From assembly GCA_037447605.1 (NCBI GenBank), contig CM074809.1:62001-126000 (forward strand): a stretch of 64,000 nt of DNA, given 5' to 3'. The stretch comes from Zygnema circumcarinatum SAG 698-1b (Eukaryota; Plantae; Zygnematophyceae). Positions within the stretch are counted from its first letter, which is position 1, and each line of letters starts with the position of its first letter. The position numbers and the translations under genes are program-made. This document shows, in pieces, positions 34,801 to 47,317 of the stretch. The notes below the pieces were generated by a model that saw only the letters and a list, made by a program, of their open reading frames with translations, did not search any database and was not told where the DNA came from.

Positions 34801-36648
34801 CACATAATCAAGCAGGAGGGCCCGAAGGTCCAACAATGCTGGAAACTCCACTAGCGGTACACATCTGTAATATGCCAAATCGCGTCACAGAGCCCAAAAA
34901 AGTCGTTCGTCAGAAAAATATAGTCACCACTAGGGAAGATGAATCAAGCAGGAAGGAGGCCATTAAGGAAATGACAAAAGAGGTCTTCTGCGAAAGAAGA
35001 TGCGCAGGAGAATGGCAAGAACAGAGGAATGAACCAACAGAGTCTTCCAGAGTTTTTGGTGTGAACCTGTCAGCGTGGATGAGCCAATCGAACACAAAAT
35101 CTTCAAGGGCAGACCACATCTCATCTGCCACGCAACCAATCTTCAAGTTAGAACAGAGAGTCACTGACAGTGTCAATCAGTACACACTGGGACAAACAGA
35201 ATGATCGTGACATCAACCGCTTGCTCGTCTTTGGAGAACGAAGCAAAAACATGAAATGTTACTACGCATACAACATCGAAGCTTCCAACTTACCCGACAG
35301 TCCCCGCAGAGGGCAACATTCAACAAAGCGAACACAGGTAGAAGTGAAGACACACTCGACAGCCAGCTGCAGCACAAAGACGAAGTCAGCGGTAACGCAG
35401 AAGGCGACAGCCGCGCAAGCACAATAGCATTTCGGGACAGAAAGCTAATTAACTTGTCGACCATGGCAGCTGCAGCATGCGCCTACGAACATCCAGAGGT
35501 GGAAATTCTGAGAAATCGGCTTCTAGCTCTCCTCCATAAACCAGTCTGCCTTACATCCATGCAGTAGAAAAAGGCAGAAGGCAGACCTTCCGTTCAATAT
35601 GATGGCTTCCACCACCAGCCTGGGGGGATTCCAAAACTCGGGGCCACTCGCTGCATTTTACTCCACAACGGCAAGGACGTGAGATGAAAGCGTTCAGAGA
35701 GATATCTCCGACATAACAGTCATTCGATGAACCTGCTGAGAAAAAGCTAGAAAGGATGGCAGCATTTGACCGAGACATGCTCATCTCATTTGTCTCAAGT
35801 GATTCAGGGTGCGAGATTAAAAAGACCGTGAGAAATACACATCTTAAAGAATGCTACACACCTTCAAAAAATGTCATATACCTTTCAGGGAAACAAACAT
35901 AAGAGACGGAAATGGGAAGGAGATCTGAAAAGCACTAATACGCCATCATGTATTTCAGAAGCTCAATTCTTCTTGTTGCTACCAAAAACATTAGGGGGAG
36001 CGGGACAGAGGGGGAGGGGGAGGGGGGAAAGGGGAGGGGGGGAGGGCGGAGGGGGGGAGGAGGGAGGAGGTNNNNNNNNNNAGGGGGGGAAGGGGGGAGG
36101 GAGGGCGGAGGGTGGGAAGGGGAGGGGGGATGGGGGAGGGTGGGGAGGGACGAAATGGGAGGAAAAGAAGGATAGAAAAAGCCCACCTTTGTCTCCACTT
36201 GAGTAGTGCTTTGAGAAGAGGCAGTGGTGTGTGTGCAGCTACCATGGCGAGGGAATCCAAAAGTTGATCATATGCCGGGTCCGTGGGCCGCACATGCTGG
36301 GCATCCTGGAAGTTCCAAAATGAAGAGCATGTTAAACTGTGCAAACAACAGCATTTGTGGTTACTCTTTGCCTCTCCTTTTCCGTATTCCCTCGTCTACC
36401 ATCACCCCTCACTTCGCCCCCCTCTCTGTCTACGTCGCTCTTAGAAGAAAAAATGCATGAGACGTAATATGAAAGCTAAACGCAATAGGCATGAGCATAT
36501 CAGGGCTTTGCACCGATGCTTGCGCAGTCTCAATTCTCGCACGAGCGAGAGGCAAAAAGCGGCGGAAGAGAGCGTCCACGATGAGGTCGGCAGGATCTCT
36601 CAGAGCCTTCGCCATGTCCACATCTATGTCTGGCGTCATGGCCGCCAT
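22805..36648 (-). CDS. FRY: Furry/MOR2-PAG1 (TAO3-like) cell-morphogenesis ARM-repeat scaffold, multi-exon
   Basis: N-terminus LIVDALFRRFLPLARARIETAQ..RPTDPAYDQLLDSLAMVAAHTPLPLLKALLKWR, then LEDFVFDWLIHADR, YQQFQYQLSAKLAREHPELSELLCEEIMQRQLD, LFWGCVALLHTDFVH and C-terminal NTQVALRKVL..LVPFV match the plant Furry-like family. Spans a 10-N gap at 36072-36081. Confidence 0.93.
25325..25830. repeat. (CCCTCT)n-type polypyrimidine/polypurine tract, ~500 bp, in a Furry intron
   Basis: Direct reading; source of the spurious ERER/PSPS/GRGR ORFs. Confidence 0.95.
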
Positions 36649-36654
36649 GCTAAC

Positions 36655-36669
36655 TTAGGGTTAGGGTTT
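36655..36669 (-). promoter_or_regulatory. Telo-box-like motif (AAACCCTAACCCTAA) 7 nt upstream of the Furry ATG
   Basis: TTAGGGTTAGGGTTT on the + strand. Telo-boxes are known plant 5'-proximal elements. Confidence 0.45.
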
Positions 36670-37064
36670 GAGGAGAGCGAGATAGAAGGGGCCCAGAAGG
36701 GGCCGCATTTGAAGGTCAGTACAAGGCCGAGCTCATATTTAGAGTTTGGACTGTCCCTAATTTAAATTCATGCTTAAGGCTGAATCAGGAGCACAGCAGT
36801 CGCCAAGTTGCTAGTGAGACGCCACTCGCAGGCACAAGCATGGCCGGAGGAGCTCCACATTACACCGCCATGACTCAGAGGGAGAGGACCGTTGGGGCCG
36901 GCCCGGCACGAGGGCGCGAGGGCGGTTAGGGCTAAGGGCCGCGCGGCGGGAAGGGCACCTTTTGAAATTATGTCCGTACCGTACGGAAATGAGCTGTATG
37001 GTCACTCACATTATTGAAGCTGGGATTAGAAAGATGATGATGATGAATGGAACCTTGTGAAGAA

Positions 37065-37216
37065 GGATGTGGCATTGATCTCACGATGGCGATGATGCCA
37101 TCAAATGTACATGCACAAAATCAGCATCACGGGGAACCACGAGGAACTGGTCTGGCTTGCATGGAAATGCAATGGATGTGGCATTGATCTCACGACGGCG
37201 ATGATGCCATCAAATG
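37065..37216. repeat. 43-bp direct repeat (x2) with a dispersed degenerate copy at 48474-48512
   Basis: GGATGTGGCATTGATCTCACGA(T/C)GGCGATGATGCCATCAAATG at 37065 and 37174. Confidence 0.8.
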
Positions 37217-37887
37217 CCTAATGCTGGTACCTACTGCCTTTCATCAACGACACATATGAAGCGATATAGATGCACAGGGCTAGTGCTGAAGAGCTGGTTA
37301 CGATTCGGAATTGTTGGATGAAGCAACACACGGGCGTGGGTTTCTATGAAGCTTGCCTTATGTTTGGTTGTTAAGTACACTATGTTATGTCAATGAAAAC
37401 AATAGTGGAAAGTTAAAACGTTACTTTATATCCTATTGTTCTGTAGTCTCAAAAATGAAAAACAACCCCCCACATTAGTCTACGAGGCGCTTGCCGACTA
37501 AGATCTCAGCTTCAACTTGAAGGCATCACCAGGTCTTCAGACGATGCGAAGGAGTGACTTTAGAGATCTTCATGGTTTTTCTCCCGTAAGGTGACGTACT
37601 TGAAAGCCGTCAAACAAACGCGTAAAGAAATCCACACGCAATCAAACGGCTAGACTCAGGTTGAAAAATAAAATACTCGCTCACGAGATACCTCGTAAAG
37701 CATACGACATGAATCAAAAAATGCGCCCATTAAATGTACGTGGTTGGCACCCCATTGAAAGCTGCGCACCAACCTCTCTCTCTACAAAACCCAAAAAACT
37801 TGAAGCCCTAATTGTTCTAAATTAAGCCCATAAGACTAACGACCCACACATCAAAATTGTCCTCCCCTCTTGGAACTTTCGAACCTA

Positions 37888-38810
37888 TCACTCTTCAGGC
37901 TGGTCGGGATTCTTGTCAGGATCAGGCTCCGCCTCCTTCTCTCCCTCCTCCTCTTCATCTTCTTCAGGCGGGTCTGCTGGAAGGGGTTGTGGCAGCGGGG
38001 GCTTCATAGGCGAAAACTGTGGCATTACATCAGGCCGTCTGGCCGGACCAGGCCGATCCCACTCCTGCAAAAACCGAAGTCTCAGCTTCACGTTACAAGT
38101 CTGAACACGGGCATCCTTCAAAGATTTTACAGTTTTCACTCGACAATGGGGTCTGGGAGTAACGCGTGCGTGTATCTCAGAGGAACGAGAGAGCCAGAGA
38201 GAAAGAGAAAGAGGGAGAAAGAGAAAGACAGAGACTTCGTCACTGCTTGGTTTTTTACAACGAAAAATATCATACAGACTCAGCCTTTTATGCCCCTTTA
38301 ATCTTACACCACAAAAAAATTTACAAAATAGGGTTTAACTAATATCATTCACTAAATCTTTTTAAAAAAGAGTTAAAAAAACGAGTTCGTACCCACCACC
38401 GCTCCCTATACTAACGTAGGAATAAACCCAAGCAGCCCACTTTCTACCATTCATTTTCAACTTTCGAACACTCCTCTTCATTAACTATTGATGCTAAAAT
38501 TCAACGAATGTGCTTCCAAGCTGATTTGAATTCGTAACAACACTAAACTCACCACTGGGAAATCCAACGGCGATCGCCGAGTCATCTTCTCTTCATCAGG
38601 GGCCATCCGCGGAACCATGCGGCTGGAACCTCTCCCTCTCCCTCTCAACGAAATCACCCTGAAGGAGACACCAGGAACATGGCAGGAAGGTGCGAGGAAG
38701 CTTCGGGCTGTCGGAGAACGGTGCTCCATGCGATGGCAGCTTCCCACAACGGGAGGTAGCCCTGCCTGAGCTTCCGCTGAAACTAGCGCGGAAGCGCAGC
38801 TGAGAGCCAT
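37888..38810 (-). CDS. Small conserved plastid-targeted protein with Pro-rich core and acidic tail, function unassigned
   Basis: Exon 1 38553-38810 (Ser/Arg-rich transit-peptide-like leader, then MAPDEEK..RRSPLDFPV); exon 2 37888-38064 (EWDRPGPARRPDVMPQFSPMKPPLP..DPPEEDEEEE). Clean GT-AG phase-0 intron. Confidence 0.8.
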
Positions 38811-39289
38811 GGCTAGCTCAGAGCAGACGAATCTTATCTGGCTCGTAGGGTTTCTAAATATTAAGTCTTTTTTAAAAAATTCTAAAGCATTCAAAATAAA
38901 ACTTCTCCTCTCCCCTTCGCTTCCTCCCTCCTCCCTCTCTCCAGCTTTCGAGACCACTCACCTTTCTCCTCTCCCTCCCCCACTTCCTCTCCTCTCTTAT
39001 CCCACGCTCTCTTCTCCTCCACCCCTTCGCCTCTCTTCCTCCCGCTTCTCTCTCCTCTCCCCCCACTCTCCGCCGCTCCCACTCCCCCTGGCCCTCTCTC
39101 TCTTCTCTCTTCCTCGCCGTCCCCAGCCGCCTCTTCTCCAGAGTCGAGGAGGCCGGTTTTAGGGTTGGACTTTTTGAAGTGACGGCGGCTCTCGGCACAG
39201 CGAACCGTTCGGGGCTGCAGCGCTCAGTTCCACGCGCGACAATCGCATGAAAACGACCACTGTGCTGCGCATTCGATCATTTCCTTGTG

Positions 39290-39353
39290 GGACGGTACGG
39301 TGAAGTACAGGACCGTACCGTACTTTTAACCGTACAAATGCTCCAGCCGTACT
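39290..39353. promoter_or_regulatory. GTAC-rich near-palindrome in a head-to-head promoter
   Basis: GGACGGTACGGTGAAGTACAGGACCGTACCGTAC (39290-39323) plus two more CCGTAC; six GTAC cores in ~65 bp between divergent ATGs at 38810 and 39460. Confidence 0.5.
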
Positions 39354-39459
39354 CCTTTTACTTGGAAGAATGTTGCGATGCCTGCCGGCTTTACAACGTA
39401 AAAGAAAGTGAGAGGGAGTGTTGGAGAGGGAGAGGGAAGGAAAAGGAGAGAAAGGGGTT

Positions 39460-42124
39460 ATGGCTTCTCCTGCCGTCGCTCCTCCCGCTCCCAAGATCGC
39501 GCCCTCCATGCTCTCCTCGGACTTCGCCAACCTCGCGTCGGAGGCGCAGCGCATGGTGGATGCGGGCGCGGACTGGCTGCACATGGACATCATGGTCAGC
39601 GCCGCACGTCTCCTGCTTCTTTTCCCATAATCGTCAGACTCTAGGCATTAAGGATTCGATTATTGAAATTAAAAATGAGGTGGTTCCGAGAATGTTACGG
39701 CTACCTCCGGGTACTTCTCAATCCTCATGGTTGAAGACAAGGTGGAATGTAGCTCACGTGTGATTTTTAAGGGTGTTTTGAACGGCTCTTAATTTTTTGT
39801 GTACATTTTGCAGGACGGGTATGCCCTTCGACTCAATCGAATCTGAAGCTTCAGACTTGAGGCAGCATCATGCTCTTTATTTCTGCTTGACTTTCGGTTT
39901 TATTAGAGTTTTAAAGTTTACTTCGACATCTCGACAAGTTTCGCTTTATTTTCTGCGTTTCTTTTTCATTATAGGAAAGGTTGAGAAATACATTTTGAAA
40001 CTTAATGAAAGAGTCTTTTAAGTGCTTGAATATTCAAATGAGTCTGAAAAACACCCTCAAAGCATTTCCGGTGTAATGTTCGAGGGACGACAGGAACACT
40101 TTACGCGTATGAAGAATGTGTGTTTTAACTACGCTGCAGAATTTGGGAAGGAGGTCATTGAAATAGTCTAACGGTTTGAAGTGGGAAACAGAGAAGCGCT
40201 TTAGTCTTATATAAAATATTTAAAAATAAGAAAAATGTTCATGAGAAAAACCACTAAACTTTTATTTCTGTTTTTTGTTTGGTTATTTTTCGATCTGATC
40301 AATGCAACTGTCTTGAGCCCCTTCATGTTTCAGGCATTTTGTTCCGAACTTGACCATTGGAGAGCCTGTGATTAAGAGCCTGCGCAAGCACACAAGGTCA
40401 GCCCCGTTCGTCATTCCTAAAACTTGTTCCCGATGGGTCAGAATTCAACAGACTTTCGTTGATCCACTGTATGCCCAAAGAAGCAGAGTTACGCAGCTCG
40501 GGTTTCGGCGTTGCAGTGCTTTCATGGACTGCCACATGATGGTTACAAATCCGTTGGAGTACGTCGAGGGATTCGCGGCAGCAGGAGCATCGTCCTTCAC
40601 GTTCCATCTCGAGGCTGCCCGAGGTAGCAAAAGCACTGTCAATGACCATTCTTTCGTCCTTTTCTCTTCCTCTCTCCCTCTCTTCCCCTTTCTCTCCTTC
40701 TCTTTGCTATGCAGTGGTGCTAGGAATCTTAGGGTTTTCAGGGTCTCTTGGTTGTTTCAAATCCTCTACGAGAACACGGTGCTGATAGCTAATGAGCTCC
40801 TGAACCTTTCTGTACAGCTGTTCAGGGCACAAAGGTCGTCAGACATTTGGGGCTTGAAGCAGTTACTCACTTGGTGTCACGTGGCAAAGGGTGGAGTAGA
40901 CACGTGGCCGGAGCTGGTGCGGGCCATCAAGGCCACCGGCATGAGAGCTGCGGTCGGCATCAAGCCCAGCACCCCCGTGCAGGATGTCTTCCCGCTGGTA
41001 TGCATGCATGCATGCATGCGTGAGATCCTTGCACTTTTTTGAGAACCCAAAAATGAAGAGAGGAAGCGCGCGGAAAACTTGAATTTATATCAGAAGACAC
41101 AATATTCTTCTTTAGTTGGTTCCCTTGCCTTTCTTTAGCATATAGTAACAAAGCGGATGTTCATGAATAACGACTTTTCGAGACTAACTCAAATGGGAAG
41201 CGCGTGCATTCGATAGGTGGAGGCGTCTGAGCCGGTCGATATGGTGCTAGTGATGACGGTGGAGCCCGGATTTGGTGGACAAAAATTTATGCCAGATATG
41301 ATGCCAAAGGTACGAAAGCCCCAAAGCTCCAGAGGATACCTACCCCGAAGATTCTAGACATTGTGCAGAACCTAAACCATTAGCCTATCCGCAGAAGGTT
41401 TATAGAGTTTAGAAAAGAATATCATAAAGCTTCATCAAGTTTGAAGCCTTTCAAATTTTATAGCTTAGTACGATTTGTTTGAACTTCTTAACCCTCCAGT
41501 TCACTATACTTTCATTTGTGACTTGGTTTACGGGGCACACTACTCACAATTGGTCCCTTTTTTTCCTCCCTTTTTCTGGCAGGTTCAAGTCTTGAGAGAG
41601 CGGTATCCTGGCCTCGACGTGGAGGTGAGAACTGGGTCGATTTTTATTGTGTCTGAGTGTTGACATGTTCCGAGTCTTTCGTGGAATTTAGAGGCACGCA
41701 TTTGAGGATTTTAGAAGCTTTGCATGTTGTAGGAACCATACGGCGGAAGAAACAGAGAGTTTCAGGGTCCGAAGGTGGTCAGCGATGCCTGGGGTTGTGA
41801 CAAGCATTCACCTTCTTTTGGACCTCTCTTCCGTTACGTCAACAACTGCTAGATGCTTCATAAATTTGCGGTGTAAACGTGGATAGGAGTGCTGTTACTT
41901 TTCCTCCTTTTCCTCCCTTTTCTTGGGTGGAAGTTTATGGGGATGTTTTGGGGCAGGTGGATGGAGGGCTGAGCTGCTCCACTGTCCACGTGGCGGCGGC
42001 TGCGGGAGCCAACTGCATTGTGGCGGGAAGCGCAGTTTTTGGGGCACCGGATCCGGCGGCGGTCATCGCGGAGTTGCGGAATGGCTGCCTCGCGGCGCAG
42101 TCGCCACTCCCAAAGAGCTCGTGA
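39460..42124 (+). CDS. RPE: Ribulose-phosphate 3-epimerase, cytosolic type
   Basis: [21 protein letters not shown]|DG|[55 protein letters not shown]. No transit peptide; includes a 5-nt micro-exon at 39814-39818. Confidence 0.96.
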
Positions 42125-42843
42125 AGGCTCGCTCCGTGTACGGAATTAAGTTGTAAAGTAGGGGATGCCGAAACGAAGCGGAATGTTTCATCGTTCTTAT
42201 GAATAGGAAATGGACGATGGAACATCGCATGTTTCGGATTGGCTTGCTAATGTGAATAATATTTGAATAGTGGCGTGCGCGCGCGTGGAAGTTTAACTCA
42301 TGTTGGGAGGGAGGGAGGGAGGGAGGCAGAGAGGGAGGGAGAGGGGAGAGTCTGGACTGTGGGAGGGAGGGAGGGAGGAGGGAGGGAGGGGAGACTCGGG
42401 CGAGTGATGAGACCCCGAGGCTGGGAATGCCAACCGCGCCGATTCCATGGATGGATATGTCCCACGCGGCTGTCGCACGGCATCGCCCGCCGTTCCCCCG
42501 CGCGCCAATCTCAACGTCGCGTGATCGCTCTCGCGAGTCCACCGTCCCTTCAACGGCGGAGATGCTTTTTCCTAGCGTGCGGGCCTGAACGGTCGAGATG
42601 AGTCCGACAAGACGGAATTGAGGGGGAATTGACGGCTGTGGCTGCGTGCTTCAATTCGACGGCTGCGATGATCCCACGCGAGGGGAGCGATTCCGGGGGA
42701 AGGTTCCGACGGCCGAGATGACGCCACGTGATCCGTACAGACGGGTACGACTTCCCCTTCGTCCGTACGTTGTCGTACAGCCGCTGCTGCTCCTCCCTTC
42801 TCCGCCATCGTCAGTCGAGGAGGTCTTCCTTCCGCCGTCCGCC

Positions 42844-44415
42844 ATGGCTGCCGCTGCGGCGCTGCTGCTGTCGCCTTCGGTGGCCGCACCGTCGCCATGG
42901 ATTGCTGCAGCAAACAGCCCGCTTCGAGTAGGCTCTTACTCCTCGTGATTTTTTAAAGCTTCCTGTTTCGTCTTGTTCATGCGCGTGGTGCGGCGCTCGC
43001 CTTCGCTTGCTTGCTCGCTGCCTCTTTCTTTCTATATTTGGATATGTTGGATGAGGGTAGAGGAGCACTCAGATACATAGCTCCTCTTTGGATTGGGAAT
43101 AGTAACATAAGGATATGGACTTCGTTAGCATTCAGATTGGTACTTAAAGCAATTGGACGAGTTGGAGTTGATAGTGAATAAATTGCCAAACGTAAAAGGA
43201 CAAGAATATTCCTTGTTTTATTGGTATGTTTTTCGTACAAATTTCTGTGACGATGAACATTTTTTTGAAAGGTCTTTTGAAGACCATTTTGAGAAACTAC
43301 TTTATTCAAGTCTCATTCTGCCGGTTTGTTCAATTTAGTCGAAATTTATCGTGATGACTGCGGAGAACGCTTTCTAGGCCTACTTTATCAACTGGCTCAA
43401 TTTCTGCCAAGGGGCATTGTGGGGTGTTGTCTGATTATCCCTTGGATGCGGTTCTCTCCAGGGTGTCTACGGCTAAAATGGTTATTTAGGTTTATGAGCA
43501 TGACGGCAGGTCTTGTGCTGGCTGCAACGGCTTGTCGTCTAGTCCTGACGACTGTGGCAAGTTGCCTTTTTTCACTCTCGTAGGTCTTTTAGGTTTAAAT
43601 TGAATTCAAGACTCCTATTTCACCTAAATTGCGCTAATACCTCTGTTATTTCTATCTCTGCCTTTTTTCTCTCTCTCTGTGTTGTGCAGCAACATGCTTC
43701 TCTTCATGCTGCCTTCATTCGCAGCAATCGTAAGCAGTACTCAAGGAGAGCACTCCGTCGTTCAGGCGCAGCCATTGCGCTCTTGAATCCAGAAGATGAC
43801 GCGATACTGCAGGGAGCTATGAAGGTAAGGCATTTGTGCAGTTTTTCGGTTTTTAGTTTTGTTTTGTACAAACAAGGAAAGCCTGGATCCACCTTCATGC
43901 CCTCTGGCATTCGCGGAATACGCCTTCTTCTCAGGCGTTCCTCTTTTTTCGGAAAAACAACGGTTCCTTTCCCTATGTTCCTCCTCTTCCCATATCTCAC
44001 TCCTCATCGCCTTCTCTCAGCCTCTTCTTACTCCTCCCTCCCTCTCACTTTTTACTCTTACTTCTCTTACTTGTGCGCTTTCTTTTCTTTCTCCTTGTCT
44101 TTTACGCTTTTATTTCCTTTCCCTTCCCTCCACCCTCTCTTCCGCCCTCCCCTTCCCCGCTCTCATTCTCCGTCACCCGCCACTCTTTCTTGACGCCGTA
44201 TCACTTCCACCCCTCCTATGGGTCCCTCTGTGCGTGCTGTGCAGGAGCCTGTGGCCTTCTTTGGAGGCCTTTTCGCCGGTCTGCTCCGCCTGGACCTCAA
44301 GGAGGACCCCCTGCGCGAGTGGGTGGCGAGGACAGCGGAGGCTGCGGGGGTCACGTTACAGCAGGATGAAGAGGAGGATGCGGAAGATGGACCTATTGAG
44401 ATCTCCATTGAGTGA
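42844..44415 (+). CDS. UPF0426 family chloroplast protein (At1g28150-like)
   Basis: Exons 42844-42927, 43690-43824 and 44245-44415 give ..LLNPEDDAILQGAMK|EPVAFFGGLFAGLLRLDLKEDPLREWVART..EISIE, the UPF0426 signature. Confidence 0.85.
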
Positions 44416-45102
44416 TGTCGAACACCGATTTGGATGACGCGCAGGAGATGCCCACTATGGGGGGACATGATGTTGCACATGGAAACATCACGTGGAAACG
44501 AGTCATGTTGGCTTAGGATTTGGTGACCGAGGCATTTCTTGAATTAAAAAACTGTATCTAATTTTTTTGATGTTTGAACTTCAGTGTATAAATGGTAGAG
44601 ATAGAGCGATGGCAGGCCTCTGAACTCGATATTGTGTTTATTCTGTTGAAGATTAGGACTTGAATGAGGTCGTTGAGTAGTTAATCATGTACAATTTTAT
44701 TTGTTTCAATTTTGGACTGGTTGGCAGGATGGGCAAGATCGGGATTGTTCCCCTTTCTGAAGTGAAAGGCCGTTTTTGGAAAAAAAAACATATTAAACAA
44801 AAGTACAGACTCGGCAGTGGCTGCTGTTACGTTTTCAAATGCACATACACGATTTAAAAAATCAGCCGATACAGAAGATCCAGAATTGAACTAATAAGTC
44901 ACCAGCACTGCCTAGTTGCCGTGATCGGACGTTTACTACATATTTTCTAAGTTACAATATATAATAAAAAATGTGGTACATAATCTAAGCGATATCCCAG
45001 TTTAGAACATTTGATTATACTAAACCGCAAAACTACCGCGTCTTAAAAAATGCTGAATGTTGTTGTTGGGATGGGGCGGAACTCGAACTGAAACACAATG
45101 AA

Positions 45103-47034
45103 TCAAAAACTGACTGTTGGTGGAGGGAACGCGTTCACGCACACCTTCAAGTCCAAGAGCATGGCGAGCTCCTGTCCGCCATCTTTTCCTTCGTGCCAAA
45201 AATAATCCATGCCGTCAAACAACATCTCCGTTCCGTCAAAATTGAGACATAGATTTCCAAAAAAACGATTCAATCCTTCCTCCACAATCTCTGCATGTGG
45301 AGTCATTTTCCGATCACAGCCCTCCTCCTGATAAGGGTACGCTTTCAGCTCCACAGTCTTCCTATCGTCGCCCACCCCTAACTCCACCGTGAATACTTCG
45401 TCTCGCCATCTGCCCTTGAACTCAGTAACCGCATCTTTTGGGTGCAAATCACCATCCCGACAGCGCATCCTGACCCCCAGTTCAGGCAAAAAAAGGAACT
45501 CTTCTCCTTTCACGGCAACACTGCCTGCGTCCACCATTAACTGGTGCCCTAAAAAGTATCCAAAATCCGAAGCAGTGAAGCTGATGCGAGCATAGCCCAG
45601 GGGAGGCCGTCGAAGGGCAATCACCTGCCTGTACGTATGAAAGGGAGGAGGGGGAGAGAGGAGAGAAAGAAAAAAAAAAAGGAATATATGTAACCAGCGG
45701 GAGGGAGTGTGTGTGAGAGAGAGATAGATGGAAAGACGGAGAGAATGAATGTAAATTGCAAATATGGCGAGAAAAAGAGGGAAAGCGAGGATTAGAAAGA
45801 CAGAATCTGGCTCACAGGAGGGCGACCGGGAAGAAACTAGCAGCCATTGAGAACCTTATATATAAAACGACACCTTAATAGCTTTTAGCCCACCTTGCCA
45901 TGAGCGCACTAACATCGAGCTGCACATCGTCCACCGATACTTCCAATGTACGACAACGTAGCTCCAATGGGCTCCGCCTGCCCAGCCATTGAAGGAGCAA
46001 TTAAGTTTTGGAAAACACAAGAGTACAATATGCAGACATACCATTCTAGTTCAAGAGAGAGTCTTTAATTGTAATAAGATGAGAACGGGCTGCCTTCCTT
46101 GTAGACTCAGCTGTTCGGCTCCACTCTTCAGGCTCAAAACTGTTCATTAAGGATGCAACTTTCGTTTCAATAGGCTTCGAACGTTCTGACTTTAGCCTCA
46201 CTGAACAGACTAGAACAGTGAGCCTTTTTCCAGCTATTCTCACACAATGGAACTTACTCCCAAATTGATCCTTAATAGAACGTGTCACGGACCGAACCCT
46301 TGATAAAGTCAACCACGAGAGCACTGACCATGGACGCATCCCCCCCAGGCTGGGTTCCCCTCCCCCTCCATCCTCTCACCCCTACGACTCACAGATCCCA
46401 CCGGCGCCGAACCAGTTCGCTCACCAGCCTGTTCCCAGTATCTGAACGCGTTCGACGTATCCGGACAGGAGCCCAGGAAGCGTGCACTTCACGCCAGTCT
46501 CCACCGACTCATAGGCCGCCAGGCGGCTCTTCAGCGCCAGCGTGGCCACACCTGCCAAGAGGTCCCCAGACTGCCAAAAAAAAATCAGCACATTGACAAA
46601 CTCTTCAACCGTCAAGGCAGTTTCAAGCCTTGAAACCGCATCTGCTTCCATTGAGCTCCCATGGTTGTGACAGTCATGCATGCCGAGTCGTGAGAGTCCT
46701 TTCTAAACATCCTTTCAAGCATTTACGTCTAGTCAACGAAAAGCTTCTTACTGAACGTACGAAGTCTTAACGTTTTTTTAATTTTTTTCAGCCCCTATGT
46801 TCTTTAGAAGGTTCAAAAGGAAGCAGGGAGTCTCACCAGTCCTGCTGTCACCTCCAAGCGGAAACCTTGGAAGCCTATGCGAGTTTTAGAGCTGGCGAGT
46901 GACTTCGAGCTCTGAGGATTTCTACCCAACTTAAGGTTCAGAGCCCTGCACCACTCCGCAGGCAAACCTGCAAACGCTCTCTCGCAGGGCAGCGTGGGCT
47001 TCAGCCCGAACTCCAAACGCAATGACAGGGGCAT
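45103..47034 (-). CDS. DUF2993/LmeA-like protein, probably organelle-targeted
   Basis: Exons ~46852-47034, 46425-46570, 45894-45977, 45103-45628 splice in frame to ..LALKSRL..VKCTLPGLLSGYVERVQILGTGWRSPLELRCRTLEVSV..GYARISFTASDFGYFL. Family call is from remembered motif resemblance; the first exon is less certain. Confidence 0.65.
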
Positions 47035-47317
47035 CCTGCCACGTGTCAGGCTGAGGGTAACGAGGCCGCGGCGCGTGCCCCGAAGAGTGTCCACGCGGCC
47101 GCTTACTTGGAGAGGCCCACACGTGCGGGGCGCGGGTGCACCCCTCAGAGACGCTATGACTGCAGCCTCCCTCCCGTCGCCCTCGCCTGCCAGAAAAAAC
47201 TACGAGTATCCCTCCCCTCGGAATACCGTATCGATACAGTGGATCGATGCGCTACGGTATCGTCTTTCACCGATACGGTCTCCTTTTTATCGTGAAGCTA
47301 CGTTTTAAGAAAATTAA

